Source: Eledone cirrhosa (Eukaryota). From it: DNA of 64,000 nt. Positions 13,311 to 25,182 of this stretch are shown here, in pieces. The translations under genes were made by a program, and so were the position numbers. The notes beneath the pieces are model-generated. The model made no database searches. It worked only from the letters and a program-made list of their open reading frames with translations, and was not told where the DNA came from. The stretch is taken from contig OZ024741.1 in the NCBI GenBank assembly GCA_964016885.1, positions 369,582,001-369,646,000 of the forward strand. The letters run 5' to 3'. Position 1 is the stretch's first letter, and every line of letters begins with the position of its first letter.

Positions 13311-14725
13311 CAGGGGCCTCGTTTGCCTTAAAAATGTGAGGGGGACAAACCAACATTTGTTGGAACATTTTAGTATTACTTATGGTGTCTTTCCTGAACC
13401 CTATTACATAAGTAAAAATTTCTTTACGCTAATTAAATTTTATATATTCAAATGAAGTTCAGATATAAAAAAAAATAAGCTTAAAAAGTATTTATTATAT
13501 CAAATAAACAAAAAATAAAACATAGACGTTTGAATAAAAAACATATAAAGTAAATTTATTGTCTTTTAGAACTTTCCAAATGTATCATATCTCGCATCAT
13601 TGCTGTCAATAAATAATTTAGCAACTTCTTCACAACTAATCTTTTTCAAAACATCTTTATGAACGTCTCATATTAGAATATGATTCAATCTTTGCTAAGT
13701 CATTGTCGATCGCAACCAAGTTTTGAGTCTCTGCAGAGCGCTAAAAGATCTTTCAGCTTCACAAGAACTGGTTGGAAACATTAAAAGTAGCCTGAGCAAT
13801 CGCTCAACATTTAGAAACATGCGACGGACTTCCGGTTGCATTTCACCGAATATTTTACGATGATCCTCGAGATATGATCCACTATGATGATTTCTATAAA
13901 AAAGTATTTCATCAAGCTCTGGATAGTGCATGATCACTTCAGCACAAACATTTCCATTGAGTAAAATATTGCTCAGTTTTTCATAATCTGCTAAATCATG
14001 TGAAAAAAATAATCTTTCAAATTTGATATTGCAGTATCCACTACCTGCAAATACTGCATTCTGTAATGATCCAAAACAGTGCAGTGTTGATATTTTAACG
14101 CATTTCCTTCCTGGTATCTTTTAGGAACTTTTCGTTGCCTGGGTAGCTCCAAAGGAGAAAAATCGAGTTGATAAATCATTTTTTCTGCTGTATTGAACAG
14201 CTCCTGAAATTTTTCTTCACTGCGTAGATTTTTTAGCTCCTCCTGCACCAGTTTGACACTATGCAACATGACACCTAGATTGACGGTGGTACTTTGAAAA
14301 GATTTGTTCAATCCTTCAAGGAATTGAAGTAATGGACCTACAACATGCAATCCAAGAACACATTGGCCCGGAGAGTGACACGTAAGAATAACATTAGCTC
14401 TGGATGCAATGTTGGTGCCAAACTCATTTGTTGCCTCTTGTAAAGAAATAGGGACATCTGAATAATTGTCAAGCAGGGCTTTGACTGCAGAAAGTCGTGT
14501 TAGCCATCGAGTAGGGTACACAGGTGTTAAGGAGCGTGGTGACGAGACTTCATTTTCTTCATCATGTTGTGATAAATACGCTTGCTTAAATTTCCCTGAT
14601 GTACTATATAGTTTCCGCAATTCATTCACGTAACCTAGAACATTTTTGATAAATGAAGCTTGTTGTACAGACTTAGTTATAATAAGTTGAGAAATATGAA
14701 TGCCGCAGTGCACGTAATGGGCCAA
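13311..14725 (-). mobile_element. Second hAT element (ZMYM1/Tip100-like), 3' part
   Basis: Terminus CAGGGGCCTCGTTTGCC...GAGGGGGAC at 13311 downstream of a transposase C-terminus. Confidence 0.75.
13566..14725 (-). pseudogene. hAT transposase C-terminal half with hATC dimerisation domain, disrupted
   Basis: YVHC..H, PTRWLTR, PTSSCEAERSFSALQRLKTWLRSTM motifs; stops and frameshift. Confidence 0.88.
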
Positions 14726-15332
14726 ATCAAGTTATGTTAGAATCTTTAAAAAGATCTTTAAAAAATACCCGTACGAATTAAATACAAAAAAAGTTTCAGT
14801 CCAAAACAAAAGCAAACTATTTCAAATTATATATTTTTGAAAAATAGACGTGAATGTTCTCAAAGACTAGATTTCAGTCGAAAAAGCTTTTTTTTGAAAA
14901 TTCTATATTTCACTGTTAGCTGTTGTAATATTTTGATTGGATAAACAATTCTACAATTCAAACTGTAAAGTCAAAATACAAAAGATGTAAAATATGAAGA
15001 ATTTCTTACCTTTCTCTGAAATCACAAACTCAGGGGAAAAATAGTACCTTGCAAAATAAAATACCTCGTAGCAAAATAAAATACTTAGCAACGAATGAAG
15101 CTTGGAGACAGTGAGAAAGTAGTATTTGTATCCCTTATATATATATACATAGATAGATACACAGACACACACAAACACACATAGACATGCACGCCCCCCC
15201 CCCCCACACACACACAAACTTGTGTGTGTGTGTGCCTTGGTTTGGGTACAGAAATAATTTTGTCTACAGTTTTTTATTGCCAGGTCAAAGGCCACTGCTC
15301 TTTTCAACAACGCCAAATAACAACGGTCCACG

Positions 15333-15398
<66 letters not shown>

Positions 15399-15443
15399 AA
15401 CCTTTGTTCGTACTGCCTCTCTGTTTTGTTCCCGTTCAATTTT

Positions 15444-15482
<39 letters not shown>

Positions 15483-15560
15483 GAAGAGAGAAAGAGGGAG
15501 GGACAGAGAGAGTAAGAAATGTGTGTGTGTTTGGTACACATCTATCTATCTATCTATCTC

Positions 15561-15968
15561 CAGCAGGGGGCTCACACATGTGGCCCGCGAACTACTTATC
15601 TGTGGCCCGTGGTAGAACCAATATTTCATATCGCATTATAACTGGTGAAAATAAGGCAGCGAGCTGGTGGAATCGTTAGCACATCTGGCGAAATGCTTAA
15701 CGGTACTTCTTCCGTTTTTATGTTCTGAGTTCAAATTCCGCCGATCTCAACTTTGTCTTACATCCTTTTGGGGTCGATGAATTAAGTACCAGTTGTGTAC
15801 TTGGAACGATGCAATCGACTGAACCCTAAACCCAAATTTCATGCCTTGTTCCTATAGTAGAAATGATTATAACTGGTGAAAATTTTCACCCACCACCACG
15901 TTTGGCCCACTGTGCCTCTCCTCCAGGACGTAATAGCCCTTTTGTGTCCTTGAGTTTCAGATCCCTCT
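15561..15968. mobile_element. Non-autonomous hAT MITE interrupted by a SINE
   Basis: cagggggctcacacatgtggcccgcg start and gagtttcagatccctc end; GGCCC subterminal motifs. Confidence 0.6.
15653..15865 (+). mobile_element. Full-length tRNA-derived SINE with 18-bp target-site duplication
   Basis: A/B-box-like head (gagctggtggaatcgttag...gagttcaaattcc); ATTATAACTGGTGAAAAT at 15635-15652 and 15866-15883. Confidence 0.9.
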
Positions 15969-15971
15969 TCT

Positions 15972-16005
<34 letters not shown>

Positions 16006-16024
16006 TTTACTTTTTTTCTGTCTC

Positions 16025-16259
16025 TGGACTACGCCCATGCTGGAGCATCACCGCGGTATGTTATGGGGACGTCAACAAACCGACAAGCATTGGTGGGAGC
16101 ACAAACACAAACGCAAAGACACACACAGACATATATACATATATACGGCGGGCTTCTTTTAGTTTCGATCTATCAAATCCACTCACAGGGCTTTAGTCGG
16201 CCCGGGTAGTGGGACTAAACCCAGAAATATGTGGTTGGGAAACAAGCTTCTTGTCACAC

Positions 16260-16260
<1 letters not shown>
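16025..16260 (-). mobile_element. Second tRNA-derived SINE family; decayed + strand relatives at ~34585-34720 and ~34905-35045
   Basis: Minus strand reads agaagcttgtttcccaaccacat...gggccgactaaagccctgtgagtggattt...gaagcccgccgtatat. Confidence 0.7.
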
Positions 16261-16305
<45 letters not shown>

Positions 16306-16496
16306 TATAGGATTATCCAAGATGTAGTAATGGTTAATTACTACACTGGATATGGTTGACGTACGGTAAGAGGTTACTCTACGAGTTATAGAAGAATTGT
16401 TGAAGAAACTTAGTTCCTGATCCTTCAGTATTCCGGAGTGTATATAAAGAATGAATAATAACAGGTAGACATCATAAAAAGGTAATTTATTCCGTG

Positions 16497-16608
16497 TGCT
16501 TACAAGTGTTTCCACGGTGGTACTGCAGCCTAGTTACGCTACGTGCAAATTCACAAGTACTTGCAGAACTCAAATATCCAATGCTGTGACCATTGTTTCC
16601 TCAGAGCA
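16497..16608 (-). ncRNA. Type I hammerhead ribozyme with ~85-nt helix II region
   Basis: ugcu-CUGAGGA-...-GAAA-cacuug-UA-agca. Confidence 0.7.
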
Positions 16609-17099
16609 GAATGGTAAAATGTACAATGTAAATACCCTTAAGTGGGGTTGTTGGGGAAGATAGAGTAGAAAAGGAAGAGAGAAAAGTAGGGAAGAGGGAG
16701 AGAGAAAGAAAGATATGCAGGGGTTGGAGAAGTAGGAGAGAGTGGCTTGTAGATATCTTAATCAAAATGTTATGGTAGGGGTTTTATTATACTGGTTACT
16801 TTTGGAGAGATGCGTTGATAGTTAAGGTCGGAATTATTTATTGCCCCAGAGGGCAGGTTCATAGATGTTGAGAGGGAGGTAGGCCAAAGGTGAGAGAGAG
16901 AGTGTAATGGATGCAGAGAGAGATAGGTAGAGAGGGGACAGACAAAGTTTGTGTGGTGAGTGAACTTTGGGTTTGTAGTAGTAATCTAGGAATTGCACTG
17001 AGTTACCATGTATAGTGGTAAGCAGTGTATTGTCTTGTAGTGTGGGGGGAAGAGAAGGTTGTTAGCTAGAAAGCGGTGTTATAGTTACGGGTTCGAATG

Positions 17100-17969
17100 T
17101 TAAGTTATTTTATAGTGAGAGAATTTAGCTTTTAGTTTGTGGTTGCAGTATAATGATCGTTCAATTCTATCGTTAAGTAGTTTGTTTTTGGATTTTAATA
17201 TGTAAAAGAGCTCAAGGTTACATAACCTGCAGTACTTCAATCCACTCCGATATGCACTTGCGCTGGAAAGTATATCCCATTTTAAGGTGAACTGTTGGTT
17301 GTGTTCACGGAGTTGCCAGGTCTTGTTGGCGAGCGTGGTCACAAAACGGTGATTCGGATGTTTGATTGAGAATCGATGACGGTACCAGCGAGATTTAAAC
17401 GATGTGGTGGTAGATCCGATATAATACCATTTCTGGTCGTTCGATTCAACCGTGCATTGGTAAACAATGTTGGACTTTAGGCATTCATTCTTCAATGGAC
17501 ATCTTTCAGGTAGATGGCAGTTACATTCTTTGTTGTGGGTAGCGGGTACACCATGGATAAGTTGTGATAGCGGTACAGGTGGGTTGTGTAATACTCGTCT
17601 CCCATTTAGTGGTTGGGAGGCAGATATTGCGTTCCGCCCATCTGTTACTAAAATGTTTTGTTTTGTAGAGTTGTTTAATTGCCTTAAGTTAAGTTTTTTT
17701 ATGTATGCTTCAAGGTTTGGTGCCGTGGAGTATGATAGTCTAATAGTTTTAGAGTTCAGAATTTTGCTGTATTTATGGGAACTAGGGAAGTGTTTGTTGA
17801 TTAACTTAAAGAATGAAAGAGATAGTTTTGTACTAATCGAGGCATTAAAAATAGGATTGTACCAGATATACTTTCTACAACGTGGTTTATTTGGTGGTGA
17901 TCTTCTATTATTAGTATGTCTGGTAGTACTGTGTGTGTGTGCTTGTATTTTAGTCCCCCGGTTACGCAT
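17100..17969 (-). CDS. PLE C-terminal GIY-YIG endonuclease region (truncated ORF)
   Basis: WYNP.FN, CNC..CPL..CL..NIVYQC..YYIGST..FKSRW..H, CRLC..E motifs. Confidence 0.88.
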   Translation of the reverse strand: MRNRGTKIQAHTHSTTRHTNNRRSPPNKPRCRKYIWYNPIFNASISTKLSLSFFKLINKHFPSSHKYSKILNSKTIRLSYSTAPNLEAYIKKLNLRQLNNSTKQNILVTDGRNAISASQPLNGRRVLHNPPVPLSQLIHGVPATHNKECNCHLPERCPLKNECLKSNIVYQCTVESNDQKWYYIGSTTTSFKSRWYRHRFSIKHPNHRFVTTLANKTWQLREHNQQFTLKWDILSSASAYRSGLKYCRLCNLELFYILKSKNKLLNDRIERSLYCNHKLKAKFSHYKIT

Positions 17970-18169
17970 TCCTTGATTTCGTGTAGAGCTATGTGTGTTA
18001 TGGAAATTCCTATCAATGTATTCTAATGGTCACAGCATTGGATATTCGAGTTCTGCAAGTACTTGTGAATTTGCACGTAGCGTAACTAGGCTGCAGTACC
18101 ACCGTGGAAACACTTGTAAGCACACGGAATAAATTACCTTTTTATGATGTCTACCTGTTATTATTCATT

Positions 18170-18307
<138 letters not shown>

Positions 18308-18313
18308 TATTAT

Positions 18314-18350
<37 letters not shown>

Positions 18351-18459
18351 ACCTTACACACTTAAATATAAATGCATGTATATATACAAATGTATAAATG
18401 TATAAATGCATAGCTATATACATACGTAAATGTATGTATGTATATATGTATGTATGTAG

Positions 18460-18508
<49 letters not shown>

Positions 18509-18534
18509 TATGTATGTATGCAGATTTATGTATA

Positions 18535-18567
<33 letters not shown>

Positions 18568-18611
18568 ATTTATATATATATGTATGTATGTATATATATA
18601 TATGTATGTAG

Positions 18612-18690
<79 letters not shown>

Positions 18691-19263
18691 TACATACATA
18701 CATACATATATACATACATTTATATTTAAGTGTGTAAGGATGTTGATATGATCTATGTCTTCTTTTTTTGGTAAGGAGAACATTTTTGTCGCCAGATTTT
18801 ATTACCTAGTGAGATTAAATACCACACTTCTGGCTGAAAGTTGACCGGGTTCTCAACCTCATTAATAACTAACGCCGGCCTGTGTGTGTATATATGTATG
18901 TGTGTGTATGTATGTATGTATGTGTGTGTATGTTCACCACTATTGCTTCTTCTTGTCATTTCTGTTGAAGTAGCCCTTACTTTCATTCTCTATAATTTCT
19001 TTTGATTTTCTTTTATCTCCCTAGGGAATTCTTTGACAAGCTTCTTTTATTTATTTTCTTCGTTTTTTTCATTCAAATCACTGACTGTCTAAGAGACGTA
19101 CAAATATGACTTATAAAACTTACCAAACTAAAGGTGCTTCTAGCGCACTCAAAGTTTCAAACGCCCCCTTACTGCATACCCCCCCCCCCCTTTGTGCATA
19201 ACGCCCCCCTAACGCTCCCTTACTGCATAACGCCCCCCTGGAGCTACGACCCTGCCCCCCCCC

Positions 19264-20220
19264 CCCGAGTGACGAAGGCGAAAAGTGGCAACAAGTCCAC
19301 AATTCGGTCTTTGAAGGACGAAGACGGCACTTTGCTCAAGTGTTCGGGCAAGGCGGCGCGCCGGGAGGGGCTATGGATTTCGGTTCATACCTCGACGGCC
19401 TACCGCGACTCTCGGACAGCGAAGCGAAGTTCTGCGAAAGGCCGATTTCGGCCGCTGAGATAGGGGACCGCTGAGCCAATGCGGCAAACACAAATCTCCA
19501 GGTCTCGACGGTCTACCCTACGAATTTTACGTAGCAATGCCGGACTTGTTCTCCAGTCTCCTGGAAGCGGTCTACGGCAACTGGCAGCAGAACGTGAATA
19601 TTCCCAGTTCTGTGACCAAGGGCGTAATCACGTTAGTCACGAACAACTGTAGAACAACTGCTGTCGCGTATGGGACAAATCCTGTTGACTGCTGAGTCTA
19701 TAGTAAGGATCAAACCGCCAACTTCTTTCAAAAACGAAAGAGAGGCGGTTTTCCTCTGTATAGTGGCTATGGTAAAAGAGGTTATATGGTGGACGAGATT
19801 GAGAGGACTGAGGACAGATGCCTTTCTCTCCGGACAACAACTCATTCCCTTCTTTAGGTACCACTTTAGAAGGAGAATCAGAGTGGAGAGAGAAGCACTG
19901 CACCTCAGTAAATTTACTGAAAGGTGGGTGAATGTAGCAAAAACGGCCCGAGTGATTGGGCCTTCTCTGTATATAAACCTGTAGGTTGAAGAAGAGAGCA
20001 AAGAGAAGAAAGGAGCACTTACACAACACGATCCTGATGTTGAGGGGTGTTCTATCGACGGGGTATTAAACAACCCATGTAACGCCTCCCACCTATTGGG
20101 GATTTCGATTGTTAAATTTGTTTGTTTTAATGATATTTTTACACGACTGTATGTAAAATCCCCGGCATGTGTCTTTGTATTATCTCCTTTTCTTGTGCAC
20201 CCTTGTGGCAAATAAAGAAA
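19264..20220 (+). mobile_element. L1/Tx1-type LINE copy A: 5'-truncated, internally deleted, more diverged
   Basis: Matches ~26273-26690 then jumps to ~28285-28617; ends AATAAAGAAA followed by (TATC)n. Confidence 0.9.
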
Positions 20221-20240
20221 TATATCTATCTATCTAACTG

Positions 20241-20308
<68 letters not shown>

Positions 20309-20311
<3 letters not shown>

Positions 20312-22925
20312 GGGAAACGAAGGAGCCAAAGCTGTTAGCTGGGCCCGAGTGACGGAGGCAAAAAGTGGCAACAAGTCCACGATTCGGTCTTTGAAGGACC
20401 AAAACGGACGCGTGATACGTGAGCCGAAGCAGATGTGTGCGGCTTTTCAGCGGCACTTTGCTCGGCTGTTCGGGGGGAGCGGCAGGCCGGGAGAGGCATG
20501 GATTTCGGTCCATACCTCGACGGCCTACCGCGACTCTCGGACAGCGAGGCGAAGTTCTGGGAAAAGCCGATTTCAGCCACTGAGATAGGGGACGCGCTGA
20601 GCCAATGCGGCAAACGCAAATCTCCAGGTCTCGACGGTCTACCCTACGAATTTTACGTAGCAATGCCGGACTTATTCTCCGGTCTCCTGGAAGCGGTCTA
20701 CTGCAACTGGCAACAGAACGGGAGAATTCCCAGTTCTGTAACCGGGGGCGTGGTCACACTAATCAGGAAGGACGAGAATAAGGGGGATGACATAGGCAAC
20801 TTCCGGCCCATAACTCTGCTAAACAGAGTTACAGATTTTGGCCAAGGTGTTGGCAAAGAGGCTGGCGCTTGTCGTCGGGAACCTGGTGGGAGAAGCGCAG
20901 ACATGCGCGATCCCGACCAGGTCCATACACGACAACCTCCACCTCATGCGATACATCATAGAGAGGGTAGGGTGTAAACCCGGCTTCGGTGGGGCCCTGA
21001 TCAACTTGGATCAGTCTAAGGCTTTCGATAGGGTTGACCATCGTTACCTGGATGCGGTGCTCGAGGCGGCAGGCTTCGGACCCGTGTTCAGGGGCTGGAT
21101 TGCTGCAATGCACAACAGCAACATCTGCTCAAGGGTCAAGGTGAACGGTTACCTCTCGGAGCCGTTCCATATTACGCGATCCATTCGACAGGGATGCCCT
21201 CTCTCCTCCCTTCTGTACGTACTGACTCTCGAGCCACTACTGCGGAAGCTGGAGCTATTGCAGGGCATCCCTCTGGAACCGGGACTGCGGAAAGCGACGT
21301 CGGCCTACGCCGACGACGTAACAGTAATGGTGTCGAGCGCCTCGCAAATCGAGGAAGTCGGCACCTTACTAAAGGAATACGAAAGTCTCACAGGAGCGAA
21401 GCTGAACCGGGACAAGTCCATCGGTTTGCAACTCGTATCGTGGAGAGGCAGACCGATGCCTTCCGATGGCGTCGTCGGACGCTGGACGGAAGGACCGGTA
21501 AAGCTGCTCGGGGTCTGGTTTGGTCCGGACCTCCAGGTGGAGAAGAACTGGAACGAAGTGACGGCCAAGGTGTTTGCACTCACCCAGAAGTGGGCCGAGT
21601 GCAAACTATCCTTGAAAGGTCGAGCGGAGGTGGCGAACACTTTTATAGCGTCCGCCATCTACTACCGCTTGACCGTCGTGCCTTGTCCAGCCAAAACGCT
21701 CGCCAAAATGGAGCGCGCGCTCTTCCGATTCCTTTGGAAGAGGCGGGCTCCTTTGGTGAGAAGATCCATCTGCTGCCAACACCCTTCTAAGGGAGGGCTG
21801 GGGATGCCGTGGTTGACGATGCGCAAACACGCGCTCAGGCTGCGGCATCTCTACGTATTCCTCACCGGACAACCGGTGTGGGCCCCGTTCGTGAGGCGAG
21901 CCTTCCCACGACTCGTCTCGCTGACCGAGCTGCAGTCCTGGGTCAAGCAGAGACCGAGGAAAATGGGCGACTGGCACATCGAATGTGCTCAGGCACTCAC
22001 AGCCCTCTGGCAGGCGGACCCGGCGATCAGTGGAGACTCCACTTCGTCATTCTATAGAGGGTTGGTCCGCAGCAAGTGCGACGACGCGCTCGGTGAAACT
22101 CTAGGCGTAGAGGAAGATGAACTGGCCAGTCTGTTCGGTAGGACCTTCCTCCCGGGACCGATGGACAACTTCCAAAAGTCCCTGGCCTGGCAGTGCTACC
22201 GAGGAACTCTACCAGTTCGAGACAAGCTCTACAGACATGGGCGCCCGGGCAGGGACCCTGCAAAAAAGATCTGTCCGAGGTGCGTGCGAGACGAAGAAAC
22301 CGTCGCGCACGCATTCATACAATGCCCGGGCGTCACTGACCTGTGGGGCTATGTAGAACGACTATTGTCGCGGGTGGGACCAATCCAGTTGACCACCGAG
22401 TCCATTGTCATGATCAAACCGCCACCCTCCTTCAAAAACGAAGGAGAGGCGGTTTTCCTTTGTGTGATAGCTATGGCGAAAGAGGTTGTATGGTGGACAA
22501 GGTTGAAAGGGCTGAGGTCAGACACCTTTCTCTCCGGCCAACAACTGATTCTTTTTTTCAAATACCACTTTGGAAGAAGAATCAGGATGGAGAGAGAGGT
22601 GCTGTACCCCAGCAAGTTTTATGAAAGGTGGGTGAAAGTGGCGAGAATGGCCCGAGTGAATGGGCCTTCTCTCTATATCAGCCTGTAGGTTGAGGAAAAG
22701 GAGGAAGAGAGGAAAGGAGTACAAGCTCTTCGTACTCCTGGAGATGAGGGTTGCACATTTTTTTCGGGGGTCTGTGTTACCCATATAAACTGTCTCCCTC
22801 TATTGGGGAAAATCGACTAACTTTTAAATTCCATCTGTGATAACATTTTACACGTTTTTATTGTATGTAAACTTCCCCCTTTGTATTTGTCCCCTTCTTT
22901 TGTGCCCCTGTGGCTAATAAAGAAA
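20309..22925 (+). mobile_element. L1/Tx1-type LINE copy B, 5'-truncated
   Basis: Near-identical to 26238-28856; 2-nt deletion near 20825; (TATC)n on both sides. Confidence 0.95.
20838..22688 (+). pseudogene. ORF2 remnant: RT plus C-terminal zinc finger
   Basis: DQSKAFD, RQGCPLS, AYADD, CPRC...H...C. Confidence 0.93.
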
Positions 22926-22950
22926 TATATCTATCTATCTATCTATCTAC

Positions 22951-23015
<65 letters not shown>

Positions 23016-23233
23016 AGTCGTGTGTAACTTCGCGGAGAAGTTTCCGTTAATTTATGTAAGAAAAAAACGTGAGTTTTTAGTTAAATTTTATATCATTGTG
23101 TAACTTGACCCCCCGTCTGAACCTTCAGGTGGTGGGTCAACTCATTTTCGCCCCTACAGGGGGCGGAATATCCATTTGAAAATTTTTTCTCCATCGAATC
23201 TTGGAAAAAATATTGTAAAATTTTGATTACGTT

Positions 23234-25149
23234 ATGAACGCTGCGTCCAACGATAATGGTGGTGGAGAGGTGGTAAGACTACAAAGCTCGCAGTCAACAA
23301 CGTCTTCTTCACTAGATACTATAGAGATGGAAAGACGAAATGAAAATGTAAAAACGAATCCATATTCAAACAACACAAATGACACCAAACAATTCAATGA
23401 CAACAAAAATAACAGCAACACCAATAATGATGATAAAAGCAACAATGATAACAACAACAAAGAAAAAATAAAGACAACACCAATAACACCAGCATCAAAG
23501 ACAACAACAACACCAAGGAAAATACGGTTAATACCAACATCGGTGACAACAAGAATAACAACAACAATAACAACAATAATGACAACACCACCAATACGGA
23601 TTCCACAAAGAAACCAAAAATCTCCTTTGCAGAGAAAGTTCAAAAAAAGGAAGAATTGATATATCTCGACATAACAAATGCTGAACAACTTTTAAAGGAC
23701 GCTAGGAGATATGTCAGTTTCGAAAAAAATGGTGCTTTCAGCATCAATTCTCCGGGAGAAATTCGCAAGGAAACCGCTCTCAAAACGATAGTTTTTAGGA
23801 CAGTTTCCAATTCTACCCGAAAACCAGTCCAATTGTCACAGAAAGAAATTGAACTGGTTTTCAAAAATTCAATGAATGATATTGCATTCATTCAAAGAAG
23901 CAAACTTTTTGGGAGTATTTCGGTTCTCATGAAGGATCAATTGACGGCCCAAAATTACTCTGTGTCGCCAATTGTATCCAACCTGTACACCTTTTTCCCT
24001 ACATACATGGGAAAAAGGACACAAAAGATCAGAATCACGAGTGTCACACCAAAGATGAACATATGGTGGATACTGTGCGGCTTCATCAATTTTGATTAAG
24101 ACAGTATACTGTCAGTAGGCAAGTCCCCCAGAGATGTATTCAATGGGACTAGCATTGAAGTTCTGATGCAAATGAGCCCAGAGCGAATAGTTATGATCCC
24201 ACAGCGTGTACTCCTGGACGGACTCACCTACATAAACTTTTCGGTTGAGGGTAGGCGGCCTTCATGTTACCATTGCTTTAGCAGGGGTCACCTGAGGGCT
24301 TCCTGTCCTAAATTAATGAACCAAAAAAAGGCTCTTCTGCCGACACCCACCAAAACAACACAACCACAAACACCACCACAACAATAACAACACCAACACA
24401 CAAAAATAACCACAACAAATACAGTCCCACCCAACCCCACTCCACCCAAAACCACTGCAAAATCACATACAGTCACAACAGCTCCCCAAGACATACCCCT
24501 CCCCAATCACACAGACGATACAACAGATGAGGCTATCTCGCCATCACCCAGTGAAGACGAGTGAGAACCCCATCGCTCGAAAAGAAAGAAAAGACATCAC
24601 AAAAGCAAAAAACCAGCAAACACTACCACAAACATACAACCACCAACACAAACAACAAAAACATCACAAACAAAACCCCCACCTCCTGAAAACAAAATAC
24701 CTACAACAAAACGAAAGCACACACAAGAACTACAGACAAAAACAAACACAACACAAGAAAATTACACTTGCACTTACATAAACACTGAAAACAAAACACT
24801 AATGGAGACCATCACGAACGACCCTTCGGTGAAAACCGAAGGGAAAACTTTCGCCGACTCTATTAAAAATAGCAAAAAACTGAACCTAAAACTGATTAGG
24901 GTCCCTATACAAACTTATAGGTCCCTAAAAGAAACATTTGAGAAGGATGTGGGGTATTTCTGCGTGAAACCACTCAACCGTGTCCCTCTCAAATGTCTCC
25001 CCACCCTAGACACCCCCATCCCACCAGACCCCACCCCACCAAACATCTCCGTCCCCACCCCGCCGGAAACCACCACCCATCCAGACAACCCCTCCAACAC
25101 CCCCATGGAAATCGTGCGGCCTGGTCCCCAGGAGACGAAGGGTGAGTGA
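23234..25149 (+). pseudogene. LINE ORF1 (gag-like, CCHC knuckle), disrupted
   Basis: VEGRRPSCYHCFSRGHLRASC knuckle; stops at 24097 and 24385 plus frameshifts. Confidence 0.8.
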
Positions 25150-25182
25150 TCTCTTTTCCTCTTTTAACTTTTCAGCAACAAC

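Noticed and set aside
15653-15745. tRNA gene
   Set aside because: tRNA-like head belongs to a SINE with body and TSD; no complete cloverleaf
25142-25175. 34-nt intron fusing LINE ORF1 to ORF2
   Set aside because: Very short, and the spliced product is out of frame with the ORF2 ATG
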